From an uncultured Spirochaetota bacterium (lineage in GTDB: Bacteria > Spirochaetota > UBA4802 > UBA5550): 64,000 nt of DNA. Below are positions 29,817 through 39,433 of the stretch, piece by piece. The notes below the pieces were generated by a model. The model was not told where the DNA came from. It did not search any database and saw only the letters and a list, made by a program, of their open reading frames with translations. Numbering within the stretch: position 1 is the stretch's first letter; each line of letters opens with the position of its first letter. The translations under genes and the position numbers were made by a program. Location: assembly GCA_963732395.1 (NCBI GenBank), contig CAVSZF010000007.1:761571-825570 (forward strand). Reading direction: 5' to 3'.

Positions 29817-31163
29817 ATGGCCGGCACTGAACAGACAATGCGTGACCTTAAAGCGATCTACACCGCAGCCATACGGGCGGTGGACCCGGCGGTTGCCGTT
29901 GCTTCACATCTGAAGAGGCGCGGTGATACTCTCCACCTTATTTCTGAAAATACACGTGCCAGTGAATACGATCTCGCCAGGTATAACCGGGTCCTGTTGG
30001 TCGGCGCGGGTAAGGCCACCGCTCCGATGGCCCGGGCGGTGGAGACTCTGCTTGGCGGAAGACTCGACGCGGGCTGCATATGCGTGAAAGACGGATATTC
30101 CGACACACTGTCGAAAACGGAGATCATCGAGGCCTCCCATCCCGTACCGGATGAAAGGGGTGCAGGCGCTGCACGAAGAATGCTCGAAATGCTCGAGGGC
30201 GCAGGCGAAGGCGACCTGGTGATTTCCCTCATATCGGGCGGCGGTTCCGCTCTCCTGCCCCTTCCCCCCGATCCGATCACACTGGAAGAGAAACGGCACA
30301 CCACCGAACTTCTGCTTAAAAGCGGGGCCTCCATTCATGAAATGAATGCGGTCAGAAAGCACCTTTCCCTTGTAAAGGGCGGTAATATGGCAAAGGCTGC
30401 CCGGCGCGCGACAGTGATCAACCTGATGATTTCCGATGTGGTGGGTGATGACATCGATATCATCGCCTCGGGTCCCTTCGCTCCTGATGGTTCGACCTTC
30501 GATGACGCATTGCGCATCCTCAAGCAATATGGCATCGATGGGAGGGTTCCCTCCTCCGTTTCCGAAAGAATAGGGGCGGGAACCAGGGGAGAGATCGAGG
30601 AGAACCCGCATGAAGGGAGCCCCGTCTTCGACCGTGTCGCAAACCTCGTCGTGGCATCCAATATCATTGCCCTCAGAGCTGCGAAGGAAGAATCGTCGCG
30701 CTTGGGCTACAATGCCCTCATTCTCTCGTCGATGATCGAGGGCGATACCCGTGAGGCCGCCTTCTGGCATTCCCGCATTGCGAGGGAGGAGGCGTCGACA
30801 TCGAATCCGGTGGCAAAGCCTGCCTGTATAGTCAGTGGGGGAGAAACAACGGTAGCGGTCGCCGGCGACGGACTGGGAGGAAGAAACATGGAATTCGCCA
30901 TGCAGGCGGCGCGATTCATAGACGGGCTTGACGGGGTCACAATCGCGAGTGTAGGAACGGACGGCACGGACGGTCCCACGGACGCGGCAGGCGCCGTGGT
31001 CGATGGAACCACAATGAGTGTATCGAGGGACAGGGGAGTGAATATCGAGGACTACATGAATCGGAACGACTCATATCATTTTCATCAAAAAACAGGGGGT
31101 CTGATCATTACGGGACCGACAAAAACCAACGTCATGGATATACGGATCATGCTGATCGTCTGA
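29817..31163 (+). CDS. Glycerate 2-kinase, MOFRL family (GckA/TtuD-like)
   Basis: GAGKATAPMARAVE glycine-rich loop. MOFRL C-terminal block. Start set at ATG 29817 after a GAGG RBS. The upstream extension in the track is low-complexity. Confidence 0.8.
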   Translation: MAGTEQTMRDLKAIYTAAIRAVDPAVAVASHLKRRGDTLHLISENTRASEYDLARYNRVLLVGAGKATAPMARAVETLLGGRLDAGCICVKDGYSDTLSKTEIIEASHPVPDERGAGAARRMLEMLEGAGEGDLVISLISGGGSALLPLPPDPITLEEKRHTTELLLKSGASIHEMNAVRKHLSLVKGGNMAKAARRATVINLMISDVVGDDIDIIASGPFAPDGSTFDDALRILKQYGIDGRVPSSVSERIGAGTRGEIEENPHEGSPVFDRVANLVVASNIIALRAAKEESSRLGYNALILSSMIEGDTREAAFWHSRIAREEASTSNPVAKPACIVSGGETTVAVAGDGLGGRNMEFAMQAARFIDGLDGVTIASVGTDGTDGPTDAAGAVVDGTTMSVSRDRGVNIEDYMNRNDSYHFHQKTGGLIITGPTKTNVMDIRIMLIV

Positions 31164-31360
31164 TCAAACCCCGGAAGCAGTAGCGCTAGGACCGTGTGCC
31201 GTATCGAAGTCATCCGGAAATTAATGCACCATGTAAAAAAAAGGTTGATAATTATTATTTCTTTATCAGTATATGCAAACAGTATATGCAGGAATGTATC
31301 GGTTGTATATGATGCTTCGATGTGTGAAGCCATTACAGCATACCAGTGAGGAGCAATGAC

Positions 31361-32116
31361 ATGATGAAAAAGCATTTCAAGGTTATGTCGCTTGTTATAG
31401 CAGGCGTTTTCATGATCACCCTGGCAACGGCGCAGGAGCAGAAAAAGGACGACGGCATCACGAAAATGCCGGACGGTTCGTATCGCAGCAAGGACCATGA
31501 CGAATCCAGCAGACCCGATGACAGCTACCTCGCGAAGTTTCACGCGATGGACGCAGTCGACAGGTTGATAAAAAGAAACCTGGAAGATATATATCTGCTG
31601 AGGGTCCTGACTTCGAATAATCCCGGGAAAGCAGACTGGGAAGCGAAATACAAGGCTGTGTATGAAGGCTACAAGGACGGGCTTGAGCAGTATTACAAGA
31701 GGAACATCATTTACGCAAGGGACAGGCTGGAAAAGAACAAGACAGACATTAGTGAATTCTTTAAAATAGTCCTAGCGGATTACCAGAAGCAGTGCGAGGA
31801 TCTGCTCAATGAGTGCGCAGGCAAGGTGCTGATGCTTCACCTGGATGTCAGCGCCCGCATCGACCCGGACAGGTTTGATCAGGTCAGCCAAAATCATCTG
31901 AGGCTAAAAGTGGCATACGGCCGCCTTGATGAGGCACAGTCCGCAACCATCGCCCATTATTATTCCGGGGCCATCTATCACCTTCGCATGGCCAGGGCCT
32001 ACAGTATCGCGATACTCGAAGACCTGGCAAAAGACGAAAACGAGAGGAAGAGCCTTCAGGACAAGTATAGAGTCCAGAAAGCTGATAATCTCAACAGGGT
32101 TTTCAAAAAGGAGTAG
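31361..32116 (+). CDS. Secreted hypothetical protein
   Basis: Start at MMKKHFKVMSLVIAGVFMITLATAQEQ, a Sec signal peptide. GAGGAG RBS 7 nt upstream. The track used an upstream GTG. Confidence 0.6.
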   Translation: MMKKHFKVMSLVIAGVFMITLATAQEQKKDDGITKMPDGSYRSKDHDESSRPDDSYLAKFHAMDAVDRLIKRNLEDIYLLRVLTSNNPGKADWEAKYKAVYEGYKDGLEQYYKRNIIYARDRLEKNKTDISEFFKIVLADYQKQCEDLLNECAGKVLMLHLDVSARIDPDRFDQVSQNHLRLKVAYGRLDEAQSATIAHYYSGAIYHLRMARAYSIAILEDLAKDENERKSLQDKYRVQKADNLNRVFKKE

Positions 32117-32146
32117 CAGAAGCAGCAAGTGAAATGAAATCACCGG

Positions 32147-32174
32147 AAAAAGGGGAGGCCATCCCCTTTTTTTT
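32147..32174 (+). terminator. Rho-independent terminator (bidirectional-looking)
   Basis: The stem AAAAGGGGA / TCCCCTTTT with loop GGCCA is followed by TTTTTTTT. It lies 31 bp after the stop of the secreted-protein gene. Confidence 0.7.
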
Positions 32175-32236
32175 ATTTGCGTAATAATATTATTGCATTA
32201 AAGGCACGAAGCAACGAGTATTCGACACGATAAAAA

Positions 32237-33661
32237 ATGAAGGCAGCAATAACAAAAAAGGAAATCCTGACGTATCATGCCATCGAGTTTTATTATTTCA
32301 CACTGAATCTTCTCCTGGACCGGCGGATCCTCGTCCCCCTTGTCGTGGTGTTCGTCCTCCTGTTCCCGTCCATGATTGTAGAATACGAGGTTCCCACTTA
32401 CAGGGTGATGCTCGACCCGGGGCACGGTGGTATTGCCAAACACCCGATGTCAGTTCATGGCGATCGGTATGATACGCTTCGGGGCAGGTACCTCGAGACC
32501 TTCAAGGAAGGGGCGTCACGGGGGAGGCTTTACGAGCACCTGATCGTATATGATATTGCGAAAAAAGTGGAACGGCTGCTGAAACACCTCGCCCCAGGGG
32601 AGGATAGCGAAAGATTTTACCGGATACTGAAAAAATATACCGATCTTACGCCGCGCAGGATCTATATCGAAACGGGGATGAGCAGGGGCAGGTCGATCAC
32701 AGAAAGAGAGGCCGACATCGCCGAAGATCCGAACGCGTCGTTTCGTCTCTTCGATTATCCCGATTACTCCGGGGCGATGCTGAAGGGACGTATTTCACGC
32801 ATCAATGAAAGAAAACCGCATCTGGTCGTTTCCCTCCATATGGCCGCCGCGGGCCCGCGGGACTATGAGGGGATGAACCCTGTTATTACGCCTCCCTATG
32901 ATTTCCTGCATGGCGCCCTCGAGTATCTTCGTGATGATTCGATCGGCACCGGCTTTTTTCATAGAAGTCCTTACCGGGACTGGTTCGTGGAAAACACCTC
33001 ACGCACTGATTTCAGCTGGTTTCTCAATGACGCATCGATCTACTTTACCGGATTTCCCCTGCAGCAAAAAAGGAAAGTTGCCATGAACCGTTTCAGAGGG
33101 TACCGGTACAACATGGTGGATTGGGCCTACGCCGACGATCCCGGATGGGAGCACCCGGCCAGGCATCGCATACGATCGAGCCGGTATGCGCCCCGGCTCG
33201 AGCATTTTATACCTGAAGGAAGGTTCTGGGAGCGTGAACGCTCGAAATATGAAAAGTATCGACGGGGAGGCGGCGAGGAAGGATTCGGAGGTGACAACGC
33301 CTACGCAGCTTATGAAATCATCAGATATATCGGTTATTCCCTCAACTTACATGGCGATGATCATCCTTCCCAGAAACCAGGGAAGAGCTACGTATCGGTA
33401 TGGATCATGCCGCTCCATGTCAACGCGATCAACGCATTCATCGAACTGGGGTACTTCAACCGGAAGAGGGACCGACATATATTCACCAAGAAGCAGAACG
33501 AAATCGCCGAGGGAATAGCCGTGGGGATTTACTCACTTTGTGCGGGGATGGAGCTGAAAAAAAAGGAATACAAATATGCTCCGAGGGGGAAAAACATTGA
33601 TTTCAGCAAGTACCGGATGCCGGACGGGTCAAGCTATTTTGACGCGGTCACTTCTGATTAG
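32237..33661 (+). CDS. N-acetylmuramoyl-L-alanine amidase family protein (Amidase_3-like), divergent
   Basis: The block VMLDPGHGG is the zinc-binding N-terminal motif of MurNAc-LAA amidases. It follows a TM segment. There is a long insertion relative to AmiC-type enzymes. The start is uncertain. Confidence 0.6.
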   Translation: MKAAITKKEILTYHAIEFYYFTLNLLLDRRILVPLVVVFVLLFPSMIVEYEVPTYRVMLDPGHGGIAKHPMSVHGDRYDTLRGRYLETFKEGASRGRLYEHLIVYDIAKKVERLLKHLAPGEDSERFYRILKKYTDLTPRRIYIETGMSRGRSITEREADIAEDPNASFRLFDYPDYSGAMLKGRISRINERKPHLVVSLHMAAAGPRDYEGMNPVITPPYDFLHGALEYLRDDSIGTGFFHRSPYRDWFVENTSRTDFSWFLNDASIYFTGFPLQQKRKVAMNRFRGYRYNMVDWAYADDPGWEHPARHRIRSSRYAPRLEHFIPEGRFWERERSKYEKYRRGGGEEGFGGDNAYAAYEIIRYIGYSLNLHGDDHPSQKPGKSYVSVWIMPLHVNAINAFIELGYFNRKRDRHIFTKKQNEIAEGIAVGIYSLCAGMELKKKEYKYAPRGKNIDFSKYRMPDGSSYFDAVTSD

Positions 33662-34916
33662 TCTCGCAACTGCCGTTCTCCTCGTGACCTCCACGGCCGA
33701 AGCGGATGACTTCAACGAAAACTTCATTCGCGCCGCGGGAAAAGTGAAGAATTCCGTGGTGAGCATCTCCATCTATGAGCGCAGGGGCGGGGGAAAACCT
33801 GTCTACAGCAAGGTCTCATACGGCTCCGGGACCGTCATAGAGGGTGGATATATCGTAACGAATTATCATGTTGTCATGAAGGGTGAACTGTGTCAGGTAC
33901 ATTCGGGAGATGGCGTTTCGGTCGAGATTGAACGGTTCGAGAAAGGTGCCTATTATCTTGCGGATCCGAAGACCGACCTCGCGTTGTTGAAAATAAGGGA
34001 TCCGGGCCGTCACTCACTTGCGCCGGTCGCTTTTGACGATTCGAGCAATCTGTCGGAGGGCGAATGGGTTCTCGCGGTTGGAAACCCGTACGGACTCCGT
34101 CAGACGATCACAAGTGGAATAGTATCATCGAAGGGAAGGGATAACATAGGGTTCGCGGACATCGAGGATTTCATCCAGACCGATGTCTCCATAAATCCAG
34201 GCAACTCCGGGGGTCCTCTTATAAATCTCAGGGGCATGCTCGTGGGTATCAATACGGCCATACGGAGCGATTCCGGTACCTTCCAGGGGATCAGCTTTGC
34301 GATCCCCTCAAATCAGGTACGCCAGGTTTGCAAGGAACTCATCAGCTACGGAAGGGTACGTCGGGGCTGGATAGGTTTCATGGTGAAGGAAAAGCGGTCG
34401 GGAATCGGGGAGGAGAAACGGCGTCTTGAGGTCATTTCCGTGATAAAAAATTCTCCCGCGGAATCTGCGGGACTCAGGGCGGGGGACATCATTCGGAAGG
34501 TGAACGGGGAAACTGTCTCCTCTCTGGGAAAGCTCATCCGTTTGGTGGGCAACAAGTCCGTGGGCACGAAAATTGATATCATCGCGTCGCGGGAGGGGCG
34601 TCTTGTAAGGGCGAAATTGATCCTCAGGGAAAGAACGGTGTATAGAAAAATTCGCACAGCCATGAACAGGCTTTTCCTGTATTACGGTATAGAAATAGAT
34701 GAAAATTCTAAAAGCGGCGAGGTGGTGATATCCTACGTGTCGCCCAAGAGCATCATATACAACCTTGTCAAGGGAGACACCGTGCTCGCGATCAATGGAA
34801 GGGACATCGTTTCGCTCGATGACTTTGCGCGTGTATATGAGCGGAGCGGCTACCGCATTAACGGCATGACGGTCAATCGTGACCAGAGGGCCCTCAGGAT
34901 CGAAATATCAGATTAG
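33576..34916 (+). CDS. htrA: HtrA/DegP-family periplasmic serine protease with PDZ domains
   Basis: Catalytic triad context GTVIEGGYIVTNYHVV and GNSGGPLINLRGMLVGINTAI. Signal peptide present. Two PDZ-like regions. Overlaps the preceding gene by 86 bp. Confidence 0.85.
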   Translation: MLRGGKTLISASTGCRTGQAILTRSLLISLATAVLLVTSTAEADDFNENFIRAAGKVKNSVVSISIYERRGGGKPVYSKVSYGSGTVIEGGYIVTNYHVVMKGELCQVHSGDGVSVEIERFEKGAYYLADPKTDLALLKIRDPGRHSLAPVAFDDSSNLSEGEWVLAVGNPYGLRQTITSGIVSSKGRDNIGFADIEDFIQTDVSINPGNSGGPLINLRGMLVGINTAIRSDSGTFQGISFAIPSNQVRQVCKELISYGRVRRGWIGFMVKEKRSGIGEEKRRLEVISVIKNSPAESAGLRAGDIIRKVNGETVSSLGKLIRLVGNKSVGTKIDIIASREGRLVRAKLILRERTVYRKIRTAMNRLFLYYGIEIDENSKSGEVVISYVSPKSIIYNLVKGDTVLAINGRDIVSLDDFARVYERSGYRINGMTVNRDQRALRIEISD

Positions 34917-34925
34917 GGAGAAGTC

Positions 34926-35387
34926 ATGAAAACGAGTAGAGCCCGGGTATTCGCTGTGATTGCATTAATCGGGTTCGCGCTGATGTATCCCGGGAGGGGT
35001 GGTGCAGACGGGCGGGCAGGCAGGATCTTCCTTGACAAGCATTTCTTCACCCAGTTGCGACGCACGCCGCCGATTATGAGGGATGCCTTTATTGAGGAGA
35101 GGCTTAACGCCATCATTCAGGCGAGGGGCGTTGTCGTATCGATTAATACATGCCCGAAATACGAAAGGAATTACCGGATCGTCCTTGAGGACAGGGATGC
35201 CAAAGTGCAGAATATGAAGATAACCTATTACCTCTATGCGGAGAGCCGGGAATCAATCGCCATGATTGCAGAAAAGGGGCTGATCGATTTCAGCGGTCAA
35301 CTTGTCGCGTACACGCCTGTCACTGCGAAACGGTCCTCCTATATTTTTGATATCGTACTGGAAAAGGGGGCGATGTTGATTGAATAA
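34926..35387 (+). CDS. Secreted hypothetical protein (153 aa)
   Basis: N-terminal signal peptide MKTSRARVFAVIALIGFALM. Sits 9 bp after htrA and overlaps the next gene's start. Confidence 0.5.
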   Translation: MKTSRARVFAVIALIGFALMYPGRGGADGRAGRIFLDKHFFTQLRRTPPIMRDAFIEERLNAIIQARGVVVSINTCPKYERNYRIVLEDRDAKVQNMKITYYLYAESRESIAMIAEKGLIDFSGQLVAYTPVTAKRSSYIFDIVLEKGAMLIE

Positions 35388-35397
35388 GCGGGGCGAA

Positions 35398-38300
35398 ATG
35401 ATCGACCGTGGAAGGAGGAAAAAAGTGGCATGGAGAACCCTTCTCCTGATCGCCGCCCTTTTCGCATGCCTTGCCCATACCCTTCCGACTGCTGCGAAGA
35501 CCACGCCTGAAGGGTATGAGCTGAAGATGATCAGGGGTTTCACCGAAGGCGATTACCCGGCAGTATATGCCTCTTTTCGAATGATGCTCGCGACCTACCC
35601 CGACCATCCCCTGTCCCGCATCTACTATAGCAGGCTTCTTGAAATGGCTGACCTCTTCGGAACCACGGCCGTGGAGGAACTCGTGTTGAAAATGAAAAAA
35701 ACCATCAAAGCCCGTGGCGGTCGTAACGCCAATGCCTGCCTGATTGCCCTGGACTGCGTACATGAGGCCCTCCTCTACAGGTATGATGCTGAAAAGGCGA
35801 AAAGAATCACCGATGAATTGAAACCGGTCAGGGAATGGGCTCTTATAGGGCCCTTCCGCCGATACGGATCCGGTGATATGGAGTATCGATTCATGTCTGA
35901 ACTGGTATCTGATGGGGAAGGAAATGAGCGCGAAAAACGGATCAGTATCGAAGAATATGATGGAAGGTTGAGGCCAGGCAGGTTTGTCGGACCCGGGGAG
36001 GGCGTGGTCTACGCACGGGCCTCCTTTGTGACAGAGGACGAGGTGATGGTTCGCGTATATTGTCGCGGGGACTACCATGCCATGATCAACGGCCGATATG
36101 TAGGAGGAAACGTACCGGGACGGCGGAGGAACCTCAGGATATTCAGCGTCCGCGACACCCGCCGTGTTACGCTTCTACTCAAGCTTCATCTCGGGGACGG
36201 CGAGGAAGGTGTAAGGGTGCTGATTACCGACAAAAGGGATGCCGTACAAAGCCCCTCCATCGACAATGAAAGCTCCTTCACGGAGGAGTGCGCCGTGTCC
36301 GAGGAAGATGAGTTCCCCCATGCCCATTTCATTGAAATGGCCCGCCGTGATCCCGCATTCGCATACGCCAGGCTTGGTATCCGACTCGACGGCCTTCAAA
36401 GCGAAGAGGCCGTCGAGTATTACCGGAAATCTCTCAATGCGAAGCAGGATATATTGATCTCATATCTCCTCGCTGCTTCCTTACTCGCAGGAAAGGACAA
36501 AGACATTGAGCCAGCGGGACATAGCGAGGGGTGGCGTCTGATCGAGGAAATATATGACGAACGCCCGGGATTCGCACCCGCCGCCCTGAAAAGGCTGGAT
36601 CGGCTGATTGAAGGCAGAGAGAACAGAAGGGCCCTTCTCGAGGGAGAACTCCTTGTCCTGTCATCGCCCCGATTCCCCTATGCCCGGCTTGCGCTTCTTC
36701 AACTCTTGGACAAGACCGGCAGTGACCGGGAGTTTCTTGCGGCTACGATAAAATTAAGAAAAGATTTTCCGGACTCCCACCTGGTGACAGAGGCGGAGGC
36801 TGAATATTACCGGGACCGGAACAGCACCAGGTACCTCGAATCATGCATTGCCCTTGCCGGAAGAGCCTATACGCCGCGGCGTGGACGAATTGCGGCAGCG
36901 GAGCTTGTTTCGCGGGGGGAGTATGGCGCCGCTCGAGAATTGATACAGCGCCTCAATTTCAACAACGATCTGGTACGGGAGATGGTAGTAGCGGCCATCA
37001 GGACCGGGGATTTTCCGACTGCAAGGAACATTATATTCGGCGCGATACTTCGAAGGGAGGATCCGTGGTTCTATGAGGCCCTTGGACGAATGGATATGGT
37101 GCGCGGGGACGATCCATCGATGTATCTCTACAAACTTTTAAGTATGGACCCTTCCCGTTTTGAGGTGGCCGATTATCTTCGTTATCTCGATACCGGTGAT
37201 ATTACGGGCCCGCCGGGGATCTTTCTGGATCAGGACGCAGTCACGGGCAGGCTTCGGACCGCTCCTGCCGATGGCCGCCATTCATCAACGATCCTCTATC
37301 GGGGAAGGACGTTTCTGCTGCAGAATGATGGGAGCAGCAGGGCCTTCTGCGAGGATATCATTCACCTGTCGGATGCAAAGGGGGTATGGCGTTATGGAGA
37401 GATCAGGATCCCCTGCCGGGGGCGTTTCAACCCTGTCAGGGTAAGGGTATATAATAAACAGGGTATCGTCGCTAATTCCTATACCTTCCGGAAGGAAGGT
37501 GACGAGGTATGCGTGAATATCGCCTCCCTCGGGAGAAACTCAATCATTCATCTCGCGTATAGTATCGACAATGCGGTTTTCACACCCGGGGGCGGACGCC
37601 TCTTTTCATACCCCCCGGAGTATCTCCAGGGATATAATGAACCGGCAGTCGCCATTTTAATTAAGGTAATAACTCCTGAGGAAATGGAAGTCGATTTCCG
37701 TTTCAGGGATGAGATACCCGTAGAGTCGATCGCCTCTGACGGGTTTCGGTACCATACAATAAGAATGGGGGGGCTTTCGTCAGTTGAAAAAGAGCGATTA
37801 TCCGGTGACCGGGGCAATTCCCTCGCTTTTTATTCTTTTTCAACGATGAACGGGTTCGAGGATTTTTCGGCATTGCGCAAGGGTAGTATCGGGGTGGGGG
37901 AAAATGGTACGGCGGAAAAGGCGACATCATTGAAGAAAGAGGGGCTGGAGAAGACGGTTGCCGCTGTGTATGATTTCGTCTCAAGGGGCATCGATCTCGA
38001 TGAGCGTGAGTCAGGATTGACGAGATCCCCTGAAAACATCCTCAACGAGAGGCACGGCACCGCGGAGGAGAAGGCCATGCTCGCCCGGGCATTGCTCGAT
38101 CGCCTCGGAATCAGGTCGTATCTCGCCTTTGGGAGGGACCGTTTACAGCCGGTAATGACCGGCTATATGTTTCATGAATACTATACCGATTGTCTGCTCT
38201 TTGTGCCCCTTGACAGGGAGAACTCACTCTGGCTCGATTTTTCCAGCCGAAATTTCGCCTGCGGCACCGTTTCGGGCCGTATCGACGGAACGGAGGCCTC

Positions 38301-38985
38301 CGTCATGATAAACGGCTCGCATCATATGCGAAGCGTTCGGAGCAGTGTGGCTACCCTGGTCGGAGGAGAGTACCGCCTGCGGATCAAGGAGGACGGCGGG
38401 GTGCAATGCGCGATCAAGATTTCCTTCAACGGATCGAGCGCCGATGCGCGCTCCTCCTTCAGGGATACCCAGAGGGATTCACACCGTGCGGAGGAAACGG
38501 CGCACCTCTACGTGGAAAAGGCACTGCCGGGTTTCAGCATGGACGGTTATAGGGTGCGCAACCTGGATGATTGCGAAAAACCGCTGGTTCTCGAAGTGGA
38601 GGGGGCCGGGATTGGCGCGTTAATCGAAGCTGAGCGTCTAATCTTCAGACCGGTGCTGAGGGGGAGCGCGATTAATGGTTATGTCAGCTATCCACGACGA
38701 TCGAGCCCTCTGGTGATCGAGACAGGGGTGCATGAATCAGATCGTTACCGATGGACCCTTCCCGAATCGTTCAGGGGTGCTGAATTGAATAAAAGGAGGG
38801 CGGTGCGGGGAAGGTTCGGTAACGCTTCGATCATCATCAGGAAAAAAAAAGGGTCAGTGTCGCTGTATGCGAAAAAAACCGTACATATCGACGCCGCGGT
38901 GATAGGGCCCGATGAATATCCCGATTTCCTTGATTTCTGTCGTGAACTTCAGCGTCTCGAAGGAGAGACGATAATCTTGGAATGA
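35398..38985 (+). CDS. Large secreted DUF3857/DUF3858-type protein with transglutaminase-like core
   Basis: About 1195 aa. Signal peptide (RGRRKKVAWRTLLLIAALFAC). TPR-like helical N-terminal third. TGase-like block (NERHGTAEEKAMLARALLDRLGIRSYLAF) in which the expected Cys is not present. Start set to ATG 35398. The track used TTG 35380. Confidence 0.7.
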   Translation: MIDRGRRKKVAWRTLLLIAALFACLAHTLPTAAKTTPEGYELKMIRGFTEGDYPAVYASFRMMLATYPDHPLSRIYYSRLLEMADLFGTTAVEELVLKMKKTIKARGGRNANACLIALDCVHEALLYRYDAEKAKRITDELKPVREWALIGPFRRYGSGDMEYRFMSELVSDGEGNEREKRISIEEYDGRLRPGRFVGPGEGVVYARASFVTEDEVMVRVYCRGDYHAMINGRYVGGNVPGRRRNLRIFSVRDTRRVTLLLKLHLGDGEEGVRVLITDKRDAVQSPSIDNESSFTEECAVSEEDEFPHAHFIEMARRDPAFAYARLGIRLDGLQSEEAVEYYRKSLNAKQDILISYLLAASLLAGKDKDIEPAGHSEGWRLIEEIYDERPGFAPAALKRLDRLIEGRENRRALLEGELLVLSSPRFPYARLALLQLLDKTGSDREFLAATIKLRKDFPDSHLVTEAEAEYYRDRNSTRYLESCIALAGRAYTPRRGRIAAAELVSRGEYGAARELIQRLNFNNDLVREMVVAAIRTGDFPTARNIIFGAILRREDPWFYEALGRMDMVRGDDPSMYLYKLLSMDPSRFEVADYLRYLDTGDITGPPGIFLDQDAVTGRLRTAPADGRHSSTILYRGRTFLLQNDGSSRAFCEDIIHLSDAKGVWRYGEIRIPCRGRFNPVRVRVYNKQGIVANSYTFRKEGDEVCVNIASLGRNSIIHLAYSIDNAVFTPGGGRLFSYPPEYLQGYNEPAVAILIKVITPEEMEVDFRFRDEIPVESIASDGFRYHTIRMGGLSSVEKERLSGDRGNSLAFYSFSTMNGFEDFSALRKGSIGVGENGTAEKATSLKKEGLEKTVAAVYDFVSRGIDLDERESGLTRSPENILNERHGTAEEKAMLARALLDRLGIRSYLAFGRDRLQPVMTGYMFHEYYTDCLLFVPLDRENSLWLDFSSRNFACGTVSGRIDGTEASVMINGSHHMRSVRSSVATLVGGEYRLRIKEDGGVQCAIKISFNGSSADARSSFRDTQRDSHRAEETAHLYVEKALPGFSMDGYRVRNLDDCEKPLVLEVEGAGIGALIEAERLIFRPVLRGSAINGYVSYPRRSSPLVIETGVHESDRYRWTLPESFRGAELNKRRAVRGRFGNASIIIRKKKGSVSLYAKKTVHIDAAVIGPDEYPDFLDFCRELQRLEGETIILE

Positions 38986-39009
38986 TATAAGGCCGCGGGG
39001 CAGTGATAC

Positions 39010-39111
39010 TCAGTATTTCTTCAGTATTTTTTCCCTCAAAAGCTTCTTTTTTCTCTTCAGGCGCCGCTTTGCCCTCTGGCGTTTTTCTCTCGCATTGTAC
39101 TGTTTTGCCAT
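39010..39111 (-). CDS. Small highly basic protein (33 aa), not in the ORF track
   Basis: Sequence MAKQYNAREKRQRAKRRLKRKKKLLREKILKKY, confirmed by manual translation. Perfect AGGAGG Shine-Dalgarno (39118-39123) 6 nt from the ATG. Confidence 0.4.
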   Translation of the reverse strand: MAKQYNAREKRQRAKRRLKRKKKLLREKILKKY

Positions 39112-39433
39112 CAGGTTCCTCCTATGTGTTTTTTATATCAAAAAAATGCCTCTACTGCTTCCTGTCAACATAAAAAAACGAGGATAGCTTTCCATTTCCT
39201 TCCGGTTTGTTGCATTCGATGGCGGCTACTGGTCCAGTCGTGTATCACGGGTTATTCAATGCAGGAAGGGTCTTCCAACAAGGAGATATCGATACCCCCG
39301 CTGCTGAAATAATTATAGTTGCAAATTTTAGAGAAAAAAAAGTAGTATGGGTTATCCGATAAAGCCGTCGGTTTAATGGCAAGCCGGGCGCTTTTCAACA
39401 GGTTGAGACGTCTCTCGCCAATGGAGGTGCGAA

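Noticed and set aside
29904-30770. 288-aa minus-strand ORF
   Set aside because: It is antisense within the MOFRL glycerate kinase gene, which has clear family motifs, and has no motif of its own.
35320-36078. 252-aa minus-strand ORF
   Set aside because: It is antisense to the N-terminal region of the 1200-aa secreted protein. It has no RBS and no motif.
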